DNA from: Myxococcales bacterium
GTDB lineage: Bacteria > Myxococcota_A > Polyangia > Polyangiales > Polyangiaceae
Length of the DNA: 64,000 nt
Assembly: GCA_043747615.1 (NCBI GenBank)
Contig: JAYTOU010000027.1
Location: 21,589-85,588 of the forward strand
Direction: 5' to 3'
Part shown: positions 29,422 to 38,865 of the stretch, in pieces
How positions within the stretch are numbered: the stretch's first letter is position 1
Layout: every line of letters begins with the position of its first letter
Notes under the pieces: model-generated
The model's input: the letters and a program-made list of their open reading frames with translations, nothing else
Database searches by the model: none
Told to the model about the DNA's origin: nothing
Program-made: the position numbers and the translations under genes

Positions 29422-30483
29422 CTACTTGGCCCGAAAGAGATCTCGATTTTGCCAGGCGGGGAGCTCGCGCAGATCGGCCCACACTTCGCGGGCCGATGTA
29501 TAGCGGTACGCTTCACGCCGCCGGAGCAACCGTCCGATCAGCTCGCCGAGGGGAGTGCCGATCTCGTTGGCGCGCTTCCGCGGCTCTCCGTCCCCCACCT
29601 GGCGCACGAGCTCGCGGTAGGGAATCCCCGGCGGGATCGCAGGCACTCCAGTGAGCATCCAGTAGAGGAGGAGCCCCACTTGGTAGAGGTCGCTCTGCTT
29701 GCTCGTGTACCCGCTCGCGACGACTTCCGGCGCCATGATCTTGTGATGCACCACGTTCGGACGCACCGCAGGCGCGCCGCGGAGCGCCTGGCTGATTCCG
29801 AAATCGCTGATCTTTACGACCGGGCGATCGGTGCCCGAGCTGATGAGCACGTTACCGGGATGGAGATCGTCGTGGACGATGTCGTTGTCGTGAAGGAATT
29901 GCACGGCGGCGAGGAGCTGGCGCGCGAGCTCGATGACCAGCCCCTCTTGAAGCGGCGTACCCAGCATGTCCGTAAGCGGGTGCTCGCAGCGCTCGAGCGC
30001 GAGGTAAAAGAGATGGTTCTGCTCGAAGGCGTCGTGGATGTAGACCACGTTCGGATGCCGGAGCGACATCAGCCGCTGGAGCTCGCGCTGCCACTCGGCG
30101 TGGACCTCGTTGTACGGGCGATTTGCCGGGCGAATCATCTTCACCGCGTACGCTTGATCGAAGGGGCCGACGCACTCGTAGACCGCGCCGAACTCGCCGG
30201 TTCCGATGATGGCTTGCACGACGTACTCGCCGCGAAGCGATGTGAGCACCGCGCCGACTTGAGGATACTGCACCGTGATCCGTGAGCTGTTGGGGGCTGG
30301 CGGGTAGGCGGGTTGCTGCTGCTGCGGCGCCTGCGAAGGATGCCCGGGCGGGGCGAAGGCGAGCGAAGGAGTCTGGTACCTCGGCGGATGTCCGAGCTGC
30401 GGCGACGACTGCGGCACTTGCGGTGCGGAGCCCGGCGCGGTCGGGTGGAGGCCGGGGGGGAGCGGACCAGTCTTGAATGTCAC
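29422..30483 (-). CDS. Soluble Ser/Thr protein kinase with Pro/Gln-rich N-terminus
   Basis: GTGEFG, YAVK, HDDLHPGN, DFG, MAPE. Confidence 0.9.
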   Translation of the reverse strand: MTFKTGPLPPGLHPTAPGSAPQVPQSSPQLGHPPRYQTPSLAFAPPGHPSQAPQQQQPAYPPAPNSSRITVQYPQVGAVLTSLRGEYVVQAIIGTGEFGAVYECVGPFDQAYAVKMIRPANRPYNEVHAEWQRELQRLMSLRHPNVVYIHDAFEQNHLFYLALERCEHPLTDMLGTPLQEGLVIELARQLLAAVQFLHDNDIVHDDLHPGNVLISSGTDRPVVKISDFGISQALRGAPAVRPNVVHHKIMAPEVVASGYTSKQSDLYQVGLLLYWMLTGVPAIPPGIPYRELVRQVGDGEPRKRANEIGTPLGELIGRLLRRREAYRYTSAREVWADLRELPAWQNRDLFRAK

Positions 30484-30523
30484 GATGCCACTTTAGCGCG
30501 AAACCTGAGTACCATCGCGCCCA

Positions 30524-33205
30524 ATGAGCTCACGGGCAAAGAGGACCGCGGAGAGTGTTCGCCTGGAAGAGGCAAAGGCGGGCAAAAAATGGCGCCGCTG
30601 GGGCACGTATCTGAGCGAGCGGCAGTGGGGCACGGTCCGCGAGGATTACTCCGCGAACGGCGACGCCTGGCTCTACCTCTCTCACGAAGATGCCTGCGCC
30701 CGCGCGTACCGCTGGGGGGAAGACGGCCTTCTCGGCATGACGGACAACCGTGGTCTCCTGAATTTTTCGATCGCGCTCTGGAACGGCGAAGACCCCATCT
30801 TGAAGGAGCGACTCTTCGGCCTCACGGGGCCCGAGGGAAATCACGGCGAGGACGTGAAGGAGCTCTATTGGTATCTCGACGCGACGCCAACGCACTCCTA
30901 CGCAAAGGCGCTCTACAAGTATCCGCACGGCCGTTTTCCCTACGAGGAGCTGCGCGAGTCTGCGCGGCGCGCGGGTAAGGACGCGGCGGAGCCCGAGATC
31001 TGGGGCACGGGGATCTTCGACGACAACAAGTATTTCGATGTTCTCGTCGAGTACGCAAAACAGGACATCAGCGACATTCTCATTTGCGTCACGGTGACCA
31101 ACCGCGGACCGCGCAAGACCGTGCATGTCCTTCCGACGCTCTGGTTCCGCAACACCTGGACCTGGGAGGCGATCGTCAAGCCCGAGGGCGCGGTGTGGGC
31201 GGAGTGGGCACGCGACGGTCACGCCGTCATTGCGGCCGATCATCCCCACCTCGGGCCGATGTGGCTCTACGCCGAAGGCGCGCCGGAGCTCCTCTTCACC
31301 GAGAACGAAACAAACAGCGAGCGACTCTTCAAGGTCAAGAACGCGAGCCCTTACGTGAAGGACGCCTTCCACGCTTACTTGATCGACGGGAAAACCGAGG
31401 CCGTCAATCCTGCCCGGCGCGGCACCAAGGCGACCGCGTACGAGAAGGTCGAGCTCGGGGCAGGAGAGTCACACACCTTCAAGCTGCGACTGACGAGCGC
31501 GCGCATCGAGCACCCGTTCGTCTCCTTCGATGCCATTTTGAAAACACGCATCGAAGAGGCCGACGCCTTCTACGCGAGCGTCATGCCTCGCGAGCTCGGT
31601 GAAGACGAGCGCCGCGTGTACCGCCAAGCGATGGCCGGTCTCCTCTGGAGCAAACAATTTTACTTTTTCGACGTCGACCGCTGGCTCCGCGGCGACCCCG
31701 CATCGCCTCCTCCGCCAGCTTCACGAAAGCGCGGACGCGATCACGAGTGGAAACACCTCTACAACAGCGAGATCCTCTCCGTTCCCGACAAGTGGGAATA
31801 CCCTTGGTATGCCGCGTGGGACCTCGCGTTCCACTGCATCCCGCTGGCCATCGTGGATTCGGAGTTTGCAAAGCTGCAGCTCTCGCTCCTGACGCGTGAA
31901 TGGTACATGCATCCGAACGGTCAGCTCCCGGCTTACGAATGGGCCTTCGGAGACGTGAACCCACCTGTCCATGCCTGGGCGGCACTGCGCGTCTACCAGA
32001 TCGAGCGTCGTCAGACGGGCCAGGCCGACCGAGCATTCCTCGAGAGCGTCTTCCACAAGCTGATGCTCAATTTCACGTGGTGGGTGAATCGGAAAGATGC
32101 ATCCGGGAACAACGTCTTCGAAGGCGGCTTCCTCGGGCTCGACAACATCGGCGTCTTCGACCGGAGCAACGCGCTCCCTGAAGGCGGCGCTCTCGAGCAG
32201 GCGGACGCGACGAGCTGGATGGGGATGTACTGTCTGAACCTCCTCACCACGGCGCTCGAGCTCGCGCGTGAGAATCCGAGCTACCAAGACGTCGCGAACA
32301 AATTCTTCGAGCACTTTCTCCATATTGCGCGCGCCATGAACAACGCGTCGATCGAGAGCTCCTTGTGGGACGAAGAAGACGGCTTCTTCTACGACGTCCT
32401 TCATCTTCCGTCCGGCGCCATCGTGCCGATGAAGCTCCGCTCGATGGTCGGTCTCATTCCGCTTTTTGCCGTCGAAATCATCGACAAAGCGACGCTCGAT
32501 CGTTTCCCCGCGTTCGTGAAGCGCATGAATTGGTTCATCACGAACCGGCCCGAGCTCGGCGCTCACGCCGTCCACATGCAGGAGCGCGGGGATCATCACA
32601 TCCTTTCTCTGCTCACGCGGGAGCGGCTCGAGCGCATTCTCACGCGCATGCTCGACGAGAAAGAATTTCTATCGCCCTACGGCATTCGCGCGCTCTCGCG
32701 GGTGCACAAGGACCAGCCCTACGAAGTGAGGCTCGGTGGAACGACGCACCGCGTGGAGTACGAGCCTGCGGAGTCGCTCAGCGGAATGTTCGGCGGCAAC
32801 TCGAACTGGCGAGGGCCGGTGTGGTTTCCCGTGAACTTCCTCATCATCGAAGCGCTGCAGAAGTATCACCACTTCTACGGCGACGATCTCAAGGTCGAGT
32901 GCCCGACGGGATCGGGAAATCTCATGAACCTCTGGGACGTGGCGTCCGAGATCTCGCGAAGGCTGGTAAACCTTTTTCTGCGCGGCGAAGACGGCAAACG
33001 CCCTGCCCACGGCTCCATCGGCATCGGGCAGGACGATCCGGAATTTCGCGACTACATCAGCTTCTTCGAATACTTCAACGGTGACACGGGCGCGGGCCTC
33101 GGCGCGGGCCACCAGACGGGATGGACGGCGCTCGTCGCCAAGCTCCTCCAGCAGAGTCCGCTGTGGAATGCCTCCAACCCGCGCGCGCGCCGACAAGACA
33201 TCTAG
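30524..33205 (+). CDS. GH63/MGH1-like glycoside hydrolase (glucosidase)
   Basis: [59 protein letters not shown]. Confidence 0.9.
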   Translation: MSSRAKRTAESVRLEEAKAGKKWRRWGTYLSERQWGTVREDYSANGDAWLYLSHEDACARAYRWGEDGLLGMTDNRGLLNFSIALWNGEDPILKERLFGLTGPEGNHGEDVKELYWYLDATPTHSYAKALYKYPHGRFPYEELRESARRAGKDAAEPEIWGTGIFDDNKYFDVLVEYAKQDISDILICVTVTNRGPRKTVHVLPTLWFRNTWTWEAIVKPEGAVWAEWARDGHAVIAADHPHLGPMWLYAEGAPELLFTENETNSERLFKVKNASPYVKDAFHAYLIDGKTEAVNPARRGTKATAYEKVELGAGESHTFKLRLTSARIEHPFVSFDAILKTRIEEADAFYASVMPRELGEDERRVYRQAMAGLLWSKQFYFFDVDRWLRGDPASPPPPASRKRGRDHEWKHLYNSEILSVPDKWEYPWYAAWDLAFHCIPLAIVDSEFAKLQLSLLTREWYMHPNGQLPAYEWAFGDVNPPVHAWAALRVYQIERRQTGQADRAFLESVFHKLMLNFTWWVNRKDASGNNVFEGGFLGLDNIGVFDRSNALPEGGALEQADATSWMGMYCLNLLTTALELARENPSYQDVANKFFEHFLHIARAMNNASIESSLWDEEDGFFYDVLHLPSGAIVPMKLRSMVGLIPLFAVEIIDKATLDRFPAFVKRMNWFITNRPELGAHAVHMQERGDHHILSLLTRERLERILTRMLDEKEFLSPYGIRALSRVHKDQPYEVRLGGTTHRVEYEPAESLSGMFGGNSNWRGPVWFPVNFLIIEALQKYHHFYGDDLKVECPTGSGNLMNLWDVASEISRRLVNLFLRGEDGKRPAHGSIGIGQDDPEFRDYISFFEYFNGDTGAGLGAGHQTGWTALVAKLLQQSPLWNASNPRARRQDI

Positions 33206-33467
33206 AACTCCGTTCCGCTCATGCCGCTCTGATTGAGCTTCTTTGCTTCGTTCATCTGGACGGCAGGTGGGGCGGCTGCGGCCGCTTTGGTCGTGGCGCG
33301 GGCGCTGGCGATCCTTTGCGATTGGGCGGCCAGCCGAGCTCGTTCGGACGAGTCTCGGTCGCGCCGGCTTCGTCGTCGAGCCTTCGCTGCGCGGCGGTGA
33401 GCGGCTCACTGCTTGAACGTGCTCGGACGCGCCAGATTCGAAAAAATTCTGTAGGTTGTCCTTCCAA

Positions 33468-34061
33468 GTGAAAGCCCTCAAAACCCCCTTCGACCAGGCG
33501 TATTACGCGCGCTTTTACGAGTCCAAGCGGACCCAAGTGTACGGAAAGAAGGAGGTGTCGCACCTCGCGCGCGGCGTCACCGAGATGATCACCTGGTACG
33601 GCGGAACGATCCGCGCGGTGCTCGACGTCGGCGCGGGGACGGGGCTGTGGCGCGACTGGTTCAAGGCGCACAAGCGCGGCGTCCGGTACGTCTCCACCGA
33701 GGTGAGCGACTACGCCTGTGAACGTTATAGACACGAAAAGCGAGACATCACTCGCTGGCGCGCAGGCGAAACCTTCGACCTCGTTGTCTGTCAGGGCGTG
33801 CTCCCCTACCTCTCCGATGCGGACACCGGGGCGGCGATCGAGAACATGGCTTCCATGTGCCGCGGGTTCCTCTACCTGGAGGCAATCACGGCGCGCGACA
33901 TCGAGGCCGTTGTGGACGGAACCCTCACCGACGTCCACGTCTACCGTCGCACCGGAGCGTGGTACCGCGCGCAGCTCGATCGCCACTTCGTCGCCCTCGG
34001 TTGCGGCCTCTACTATTCGAAGAAGGGCACCCTCGTCTTCTACGAGCTCGAGCGCGGGTAG
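33468..34061 (+). CDS. Class I SAM-dependent methyltransferase
   Basis: VLDVGAGTG and FDLVVCQGVL motifs. Confidence 0.85.
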   Translation: MKALKTPFDQAYYARFYESKRTQVYGKKEVSHLARGVTEMITWYGGTIRAVLDVGAGTGLWRDWFKAHKRGVRYVSTEVSDYACERYRHEKRDITRWRAGETFDLVVCQGVLPYLSDADTGAAIENMASMCRGFLYLEAITARDIEAVVDGTLTDVHVYRRTGAWYRAQLDRHFVALGCGLYYSKKGTLVFYELERG

Positions 34062-34068
34062 AGCCGTG

Positions 34069-35076
34069 TCACTCTCGCGCGAGGAGAAATCGGGCTATTT
34101 TCTCGAAGATGAGGTCTTGGGCGTTTCTCGACAGGAAGAGATCCGCGTGGGCGATCGGATGCGCGGCGTCCCCAACGGCGAGGAGCTCCTTGTCCTTCGA
34201 TCCAATGACGTCGAACGGATCGCGTGCGGTCTCCTTCGGCACGATCCCGTCGTTGTTCGCGACGACGCAGAGGAACGGATAGGTCATGTCTCGCAGGGCA
34301 CGGGATACATTGACGCCGCGGATGACCAGATCTCTTCGACCGATCCACTCGGCGATTTCCTTGTTCACGTAGGGGTTCGGATCCTCCACCGTGCGCACCA
34401 TGGTCGCGGCGTGGCTCGTGTCCGTCGACTCTGCGTTCAGGTAGAGCGACAGAACGCTGGGCAGGTGGCGCACGAGGAGCGGTAGGGAAAGCTCTGCGAG
34501 CTGACGCGTGTACTTTACACGTATCATCCCGGCCACCGTGGGTGAGTAGAATGCCGCACGGAGCAGCGGATGGATCTTCACCCAGGTGACGAGCCCGCCG
34601 AGGCTGACGACACTGTGAACCTTTGCCCTGGGAACGAGCGCGAGGTGCGCGAAGACGAGCGCGGAGCCCAGGCTGCAACCAATGAGATCGATCTCAGTTT
34701 TTCCTGTCTTCGTGGCGCCGAGAACATGCTCGATCGCCCTACCGAGATCGTCGATGGCGAGGTCGGCAAGACCGAAACGGTGGTCGCCCGTCGTCCCGTC
34801 CGTCGGACGCGAGCGCCCTTGGCTTCGCAGATCCACGCTCCACACTTCGATCCCCTTGGAGGCCAGATACGCTTCGAGCGAGAGCCCGTTCGGGTGAAAT
34901 CCGAAAATGAACGAGTTCATCCCGTACCCCGGCACGATGAGCACCGGGCGCGATTTTTTCACGCGAGACTCGCCAGCTGGGGGGATGCGTTTCAGCGAAA
35001 TCGTCCATCCCGCGCGGTTGTCCACGTCGTGGATTTCGGGGATGGCCGAAATGGATTCTTCGCGAAGACTGGTCAT
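34069..35076 (-). CDS. Alpha/beta-fold hydrolase (lipase/PhaC-like)
   Basis: PVLIVPG, DLRSQGRS, GCSLG nucleophile elbow, NDGIV, IAHADL. Confidence 0.85.
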   Translation of the reverse strand: MTSLREESISAIPEIHDVDNRAGWTISLKRIPPAGESRVKKSRPVLIVPGYGMNSFIFGFHPNGLSLEAYLASKGIEVWSVDLRSQGRSRPTDGTTGDHRFGLADLAIDDLGRAIEHVLGATKTGKTEIDLIGCSLGSALVFAHLALVPRAKVHSVVSLGGLVTWVKIHPLLRAAFYSPTVAGMIRVKYTRQLAELSLPLLVRHLPSVLSLYLNAESTDTSHAATMVRTVEDPNPYVNKEIAEWIGRRDLVIRGVNVSRALRDMTYPFLCVVANNDGIVPKETARDPFDVIGSKDKELLAVGDAAHPIAHADLFLSRNAQDLIFEKIARFLLARE

Positions 35077-35098
35077 CTCTACGTCACGCAGGCTTTGG

Positions 35099-36268
35099 CT
35101 ATCGGAGGACAGCGAACTTCAGATAGCGCCCCTCGGGCCATCCGGGAAGTGTCGGATGGTCGGCCGGGGGGCCGAGGAGCTCCAGCAAGCTGAGGTCGTC
35201 GCGGCCGAGCGCGCCGTCGTCGAGCGTGGAGCTGAACGCCCGCGCGTCGACATGGCTCGAGCACGAAGCCGCGCAGAAAATTCCCCCTTCGGCCAACACG
35301 TCCACGCACGCGCGATGAAGCGAGCGGTACGCGCTCATCGCCCGGGGAAGCGACTTTTCGTTCGGGGCGAAGCTCGGCGGGTCACTGACGATGAGATCCC
35401 AGGTGGTTCCTTTCGCCTTTGCCGAGGCGAGGAACGCGAACGCATCGGCGGTGACGAACTCGTGCGCGCGCGGATCGACGCCTGCGAGCTTGAAGCTGGT
35501 CTGCGCCGTCGCGTGGGCGTTGGCGGCGATGTCGACGCTCGTCACCTTGGTCGCTCCGCCGAGCGCGGCATGAAGCGAAAACCCGCCGGCATACGAGAAG
35601 AGGTTGAGGACGCGTCGCGCGTTGGCTAGCCGTCCGACCCGAACGCGATTCTCCCGTTGATCCAGGAACGCTCCGGTTTTTTGGCCTCGAACCACGTCCA
35701 CCGCGAAGGGGACCCCGTGCTCTCGCACCTCGACGCGATCGGGGCAGGGATCACCGCGAAGCGACCGGGGCTCGGAGCTCTTGCTCGCGTCGCGAGCGAT
35801 GAGCCGCGTCACCCCCATGCGCTCCAGGTGTGGCCAGAGCGCGCGCACGAATCCGTCCTCACGCGCTCGAGCGGCTTCGCCGTCGGTGCGAACGACGGCC
35901 ACGTCGGCGTAGCGATCCACGACGAATCCAGGCATGCGGTCCCCTTCACCGTGCACGCATCGGTAGGCGTTCGTCCGCTCGTCGAACAGCTCAGCGCGAA
36001 TGGCCAAGGCGCGCGCGATCCGGCGGTCGAAGAGTTTGTCGTCGATTCGTTCATCGCGGCTCGTCCAGAGGCGCACAAAGATCGGCGACGCCGGATCGAC
36101 GAGGCCAACGCCGATGAGCGCACCGTCTTGAGCGACGACCCGCACTTCGTCGCCGGCAGTGCTCGATTTCCCGCCGCGGACAATGGCGTTTTGCCAGATC
36201 CACGGATGCCCGCGCCGCGCGGCATCTGCAGCGGCGGGAGATACGACGAGCTCCGTATCCGCGCTCAT
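35099..36268 (-). CDS. rlmI: PUA-domain rRNA m5C methyltransferase (RlmI family)
   Basis: GHPWI, HGEGDRMPG, GQKTGAFLDQRENR, VLNLFSYAGGF, DPPSF, SCS. Confidence 0.85.
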   Translation of the reverse strand: MSADTELVVSPAAADAARRGHPWIWQNAIVRGGKSSTAGDEVRVVAQDGALIGVGLVDPASPIFVRLWTSRDERIDDKLFDRRIARALAIRAELFDERTNAYRCVHGEGDRMPGFVVDRYADVAVVRTDGEAARAREDGFVRALWPHLERMGVTRLIARDASKSSEPRSLRGDPCPDRVEVREHGVPFAVDVVRGQKTGAFLDQRENRVRVGRLANARRVLNLFSYAGGFSLHAALGGATKVTSVDIAANAHATAQTSFKLAGVDPRAHEFVTADAFAFLASAKAKGTTWDLIVSDPPSFAPNEKSLPRAMSAYRSLHRACVDVLAEGGIFCAASCSSHVDARAFSSTLDDGALGRDDLSLLELLGPPADHPTLPGWPEGRYLKFAVLR

Positions 36269-36417
36269 TTCACCTACAGCCTCGCACATTTTCGGTGTGT
36301 CATGGTGACGCAAGGTGCTTGGCGATTTGGAACATAATGTCGTGCGGTCGTTGACGATCGATGTCTTGAGGCGCAAATTACCGGCTCCGCTCGCTGCGCA
36401 TGCAGATTGCATCGCGG

Positions 36418-36443
36418 AAGAAGTTCGAAAAAGAAGTTCGAAA
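36418..36443. repeat. Perfect 13-bp tandem duplication AAGAAGTTCGAAA x2 in a divergent intergenic region
   Basis: Read directly from the sequence; a degenerate third copy lies near 36454-36463. Confidence 0.85.
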
Positions 36444-36561
36444 GACGCCGGAGCGAAGTCGAATTTTCAACGGTCTTGCCAACACGGGGACACTCACCGG
36501 CAGCACTCCGCGCCGCACGCGCCACGCGGCGGAAGTCATCTCCACTGGCCATAGAGGTACG

Positions 36562-37476
36562 ATGAGCAAGAAGGGCCGAACGGGCAAGTCGAAGAAGGCG
36601 TCGCGTCGCGAAGGAGCCCCTGCTTCTGTGCGCCCCTCGGACGCCATGGCAGCGCTCAAGGTGACGACGCCCATGAAGGTGCTCACACCGGTCGAGTTCA
36701 CGCGCGACGTCGATTCGCCTCATGCGAACGCCGTCGTCGAGCATGATCACGAGGCGGGCTTCTTCGCAGACGTTCGACCTCCGATGCCGAGCCAGGATCA
36801 CGCAGAGGAGTACGATTCACGCCCTTCGAAAATGACGCCTGCCGCCCGCGCGCGACGGGAGCTCTTTACCAAGTACGTGAAGGGCACCGTGGCCCTCCTG
36901 ATGGCGCTGTGTATCGTCGCTCTTCTGCGGGCCGCGACCAGCCACGGTCACGCCGACGACACCCCGGCGGCGAACGCTCAAACGCCGCAAATCGTCGCCG
37001 CGAACGTGCAAGCCGCGCCGGCGCCTACCCAGCTCGATCTCGCGCGTGTTCCGCCACCGCTTCCCGCTGCCGTTGCCGCCGACAAGGCAGCGGCAGACGA
37101 AGAAAAGGCTGCGAAAGCCGCCGATCCCGCACCGGCAAAGGCCAACGAAGCGCCAGCCGAAGCTCCCGTGGCAGCTGCAACGGCGGACGCGACCAAGTCA
37201 GAAGAACCCAAGGCGGAAGCGCCCAAATCCGACAAAACCGCAGGGCAAGAGAAAGCCGCTGCACGCCGGGCACTCGAGTCGGGTCGCGCAGGGGCGGCGA
37301 TCGAAGCCGGCGAGCGGTCGGTCGCTCTCGACCCGAGCGACGGGGAAGCGTGGCTCCTCCTCGGCGCCGCTTACCAGGAGAAGGGCAAGCCCGGCGAGGC
37401 GCGCCGCTGCTTCAATGCCTGCCTCAAACAGGGGAAAAAAGGCCCGATTGGCGAATGTCGACAGATGTTACAATGA
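36562..37476 (+). CDS. Single-pass membrane protein with Ala/Pro linker and C-terminal TPR
   Basis: SD AGAGG; TM VALLMALCIVALL; EAWLLLGAAYQEKGK TPR. Confidence 0.75.
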   Translation: MSKKGRTGKSKKASRREGAPASVRPSDAMAALKVTTPMKVLTPVEFTRDVDSPHANAVVEHDHEAGFFADVRPPMPSQDHAEEYDSRPSKMTPAARARRELFTKYVKGTVALLMALCIVALLRAATSHGHADDTPAANAQTPQIVAANVQAAPAPTQLDLARVPPPLPAAVAADKAAADEEKAAKAADPAPAKANEAPAEAPVAAATADATKSEEPKAEAPKSDKTAGQEKAAARRALESGRAGAAIEAGERSVALDPSDGEAWLLLGAAYQEKGKPGEARRCFNACLKQGKKGPIGECRQMLQ

Positions 37477-37527
37477 TGTTCGCGTAAGCTCTCGCCCGCG
37501 GCAAACCACCGCGTTGAGGAGGAGCTC

Positions 37528-38448
37528 GTGCTGAAGCCCATTGGAATCATCTTCGTGGTTGCCTCGCTTTCGACGCTGGGCTGCAAAAAAGATCCGCCCG
37601 CCGACATCACGCCCGCTCCGACGCCTTCGGCGTCAGCCGCCGCCGTAGTCGTAGACGCGAGCACGGCTCCTGCGGCCAGCGCCGTCGGACCCGCTGCCGG
37701 AAAAATGGCGCACTGCCCGAGCACCGTCACCGGCGCGACGACCGACATCAAAGACAGCCCTGACGGCGTGAGCATTACCGTCACCTCCGCGGACGCCACG
37801 CAGACCGCCGATATCCGCGCGCGCGCGAGCTTCTTGGCTGAAGCCGCAAAGAACATCCCCGACGGCAAACAGCACAATGGAAGCGGCGAAGGGGGAGGCG
37901 TTTATGGTCGCTGTCCGGTCATCATGCGCAACACCGTGATCGCTATTTCCGAAGTTACGGGCGGCGTGAAGATCGACGTGAAGCCCAAAGATCCCAAGGA
38001 GCGCGACTGGCTTCGTCGTGAAGCGCGCGATCGCAACGCGGAGCTCGCTCTGCCCGGCGCCTCGGTCGCCTCCGGCGCGGGCCAGGGAAAAATGGGACAT
38101 TGCCCGAGCGCGGTCCTCAGCTCCACGACCACCGTCAAGGACACGAAGGACGGCGTCCAGGTCGACATCGTCGGCAAGGACGAAGCGACCACCAAGGACA
38201 TCCGCGATCGCTCGAGGCTTCTCGTCGCGGCCGCCAAGGTCGAGACCGAAAACGTCGCCCACAAAGGCGACGGGTCCGGCGGTGGCGGTCTCGGGCGCTG
38301 CCCGGTCGTGCTCACCGGAACGACCGTCGAAGCGAAAGACATTCCAGGCGGCGAGAGCTTCCTCGTGAAGCCCCTGAAGGCCGCCGACGCGGTGTCCCTC
38401 CGCAAGGAATCGCGCGACCGCGCGGCGAATTTCGTGGCTTCGAAATAA
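37528..38448 (+). CDS. Lipoprotein with duplicated His/Cys/Met-motif domain
   Basis: SD GAGGAGG; lipobox TLGC; two copies of GKM[AG]HCPS...H[NK]GxGxGGGxxGRCPV. Confidence 0.8.
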   Translation: MLKPIGIIFVVASLSTLGCKKDPPADITPAPTPSASAAAVVVDASTAPAASAVGPAAGKMAHCPSTVTGATTDIKDSPDGVSITVTSADATQTADIRARASFLAEAAKNIPDGKQHNGSGEGGGVYGRCPVIMRNTVIAISEVTGGVKIDVKPKDPKERDWLRREARDRNAELALPGASVASGAGQGKMGHCPSAVLSSTTTVKDTKDGVQVDIVGKDEATTKDIRDRSRLLVAAAKVETENVAHKGDGSGGGGLGRCPVVLTGTTVEAKDIPGGESFLVKPLKAADAVSLRKESRDRAANFVASK

Positions 38449-38454
38449 GAGCCC

Positions 38455-38865
38455 GTGCGGCGTCGCGCGGCTGGCAGGGCTGGGTGGCTTCCGCTCTTTG
38501 GTGCGGCGTTCGTCATCGCTGCGTGCACCAGCCAAGGGACGCCATGCTCGCCCGGAGACGTCCGCTACTGCGATTGTTCGGGCAAACGCGGCTACGAGCA
38601 ATGCGCACCGAGCGGTGACGGCTACGGCGCCTGCGACTGCACCGGCAAGGTCCCAGGCGTGGCCGACGCGGCGGTGGACGACGCCGCAGACTCCGGGCTT
38701 CTTCCCTTTCTTTCGCCCTGCAAGACGAACGAACAGTGCGCCACGAACCTCTGCTTCCCGTTCAACGCCTTTGGCCCCCACTGCTCCAAGCCCTGCAACG
38801 TAAGCATGGATTGCCCACCCCCCTCGCCGGGGTGCAGCGGCATGGGTGTGTGTAAACTACAATGA
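38455..38865 (+). CDS. Small Cys-rich lipoprotein
   Basis: Lipobox IAAC; C-terminal CSKPC...DCPPPSPGCSGMGVCK. Confidence 0.75.
   Translation: MRRRAAGRAGWLPLFGAAFVIAACTSQGTPCSPGDVRYCDCSGKRGYEQCAPSGDGYGACDCTGKVPGVADAAVDDAADSGLLPFLSPCKTNEQCATNLCFPFNAFGPHCSKPCNVSMDCPPPSPGCSGMGVCKLQ

Noticed and set aside
33206..33467. ~260-bp gap between the glucosidase and the methyltransferase as a small gene or ncRNA
   Set aside because: Open frames lack a credible start or recognisable motif, and I could not identify a convincing RNA structure
37477..37527. Moco riboswitch or ModE box ahead of the metal locus
   Set aside because: The gap is too short for a riboswitch and has no AT-rich ModE-type palindrome
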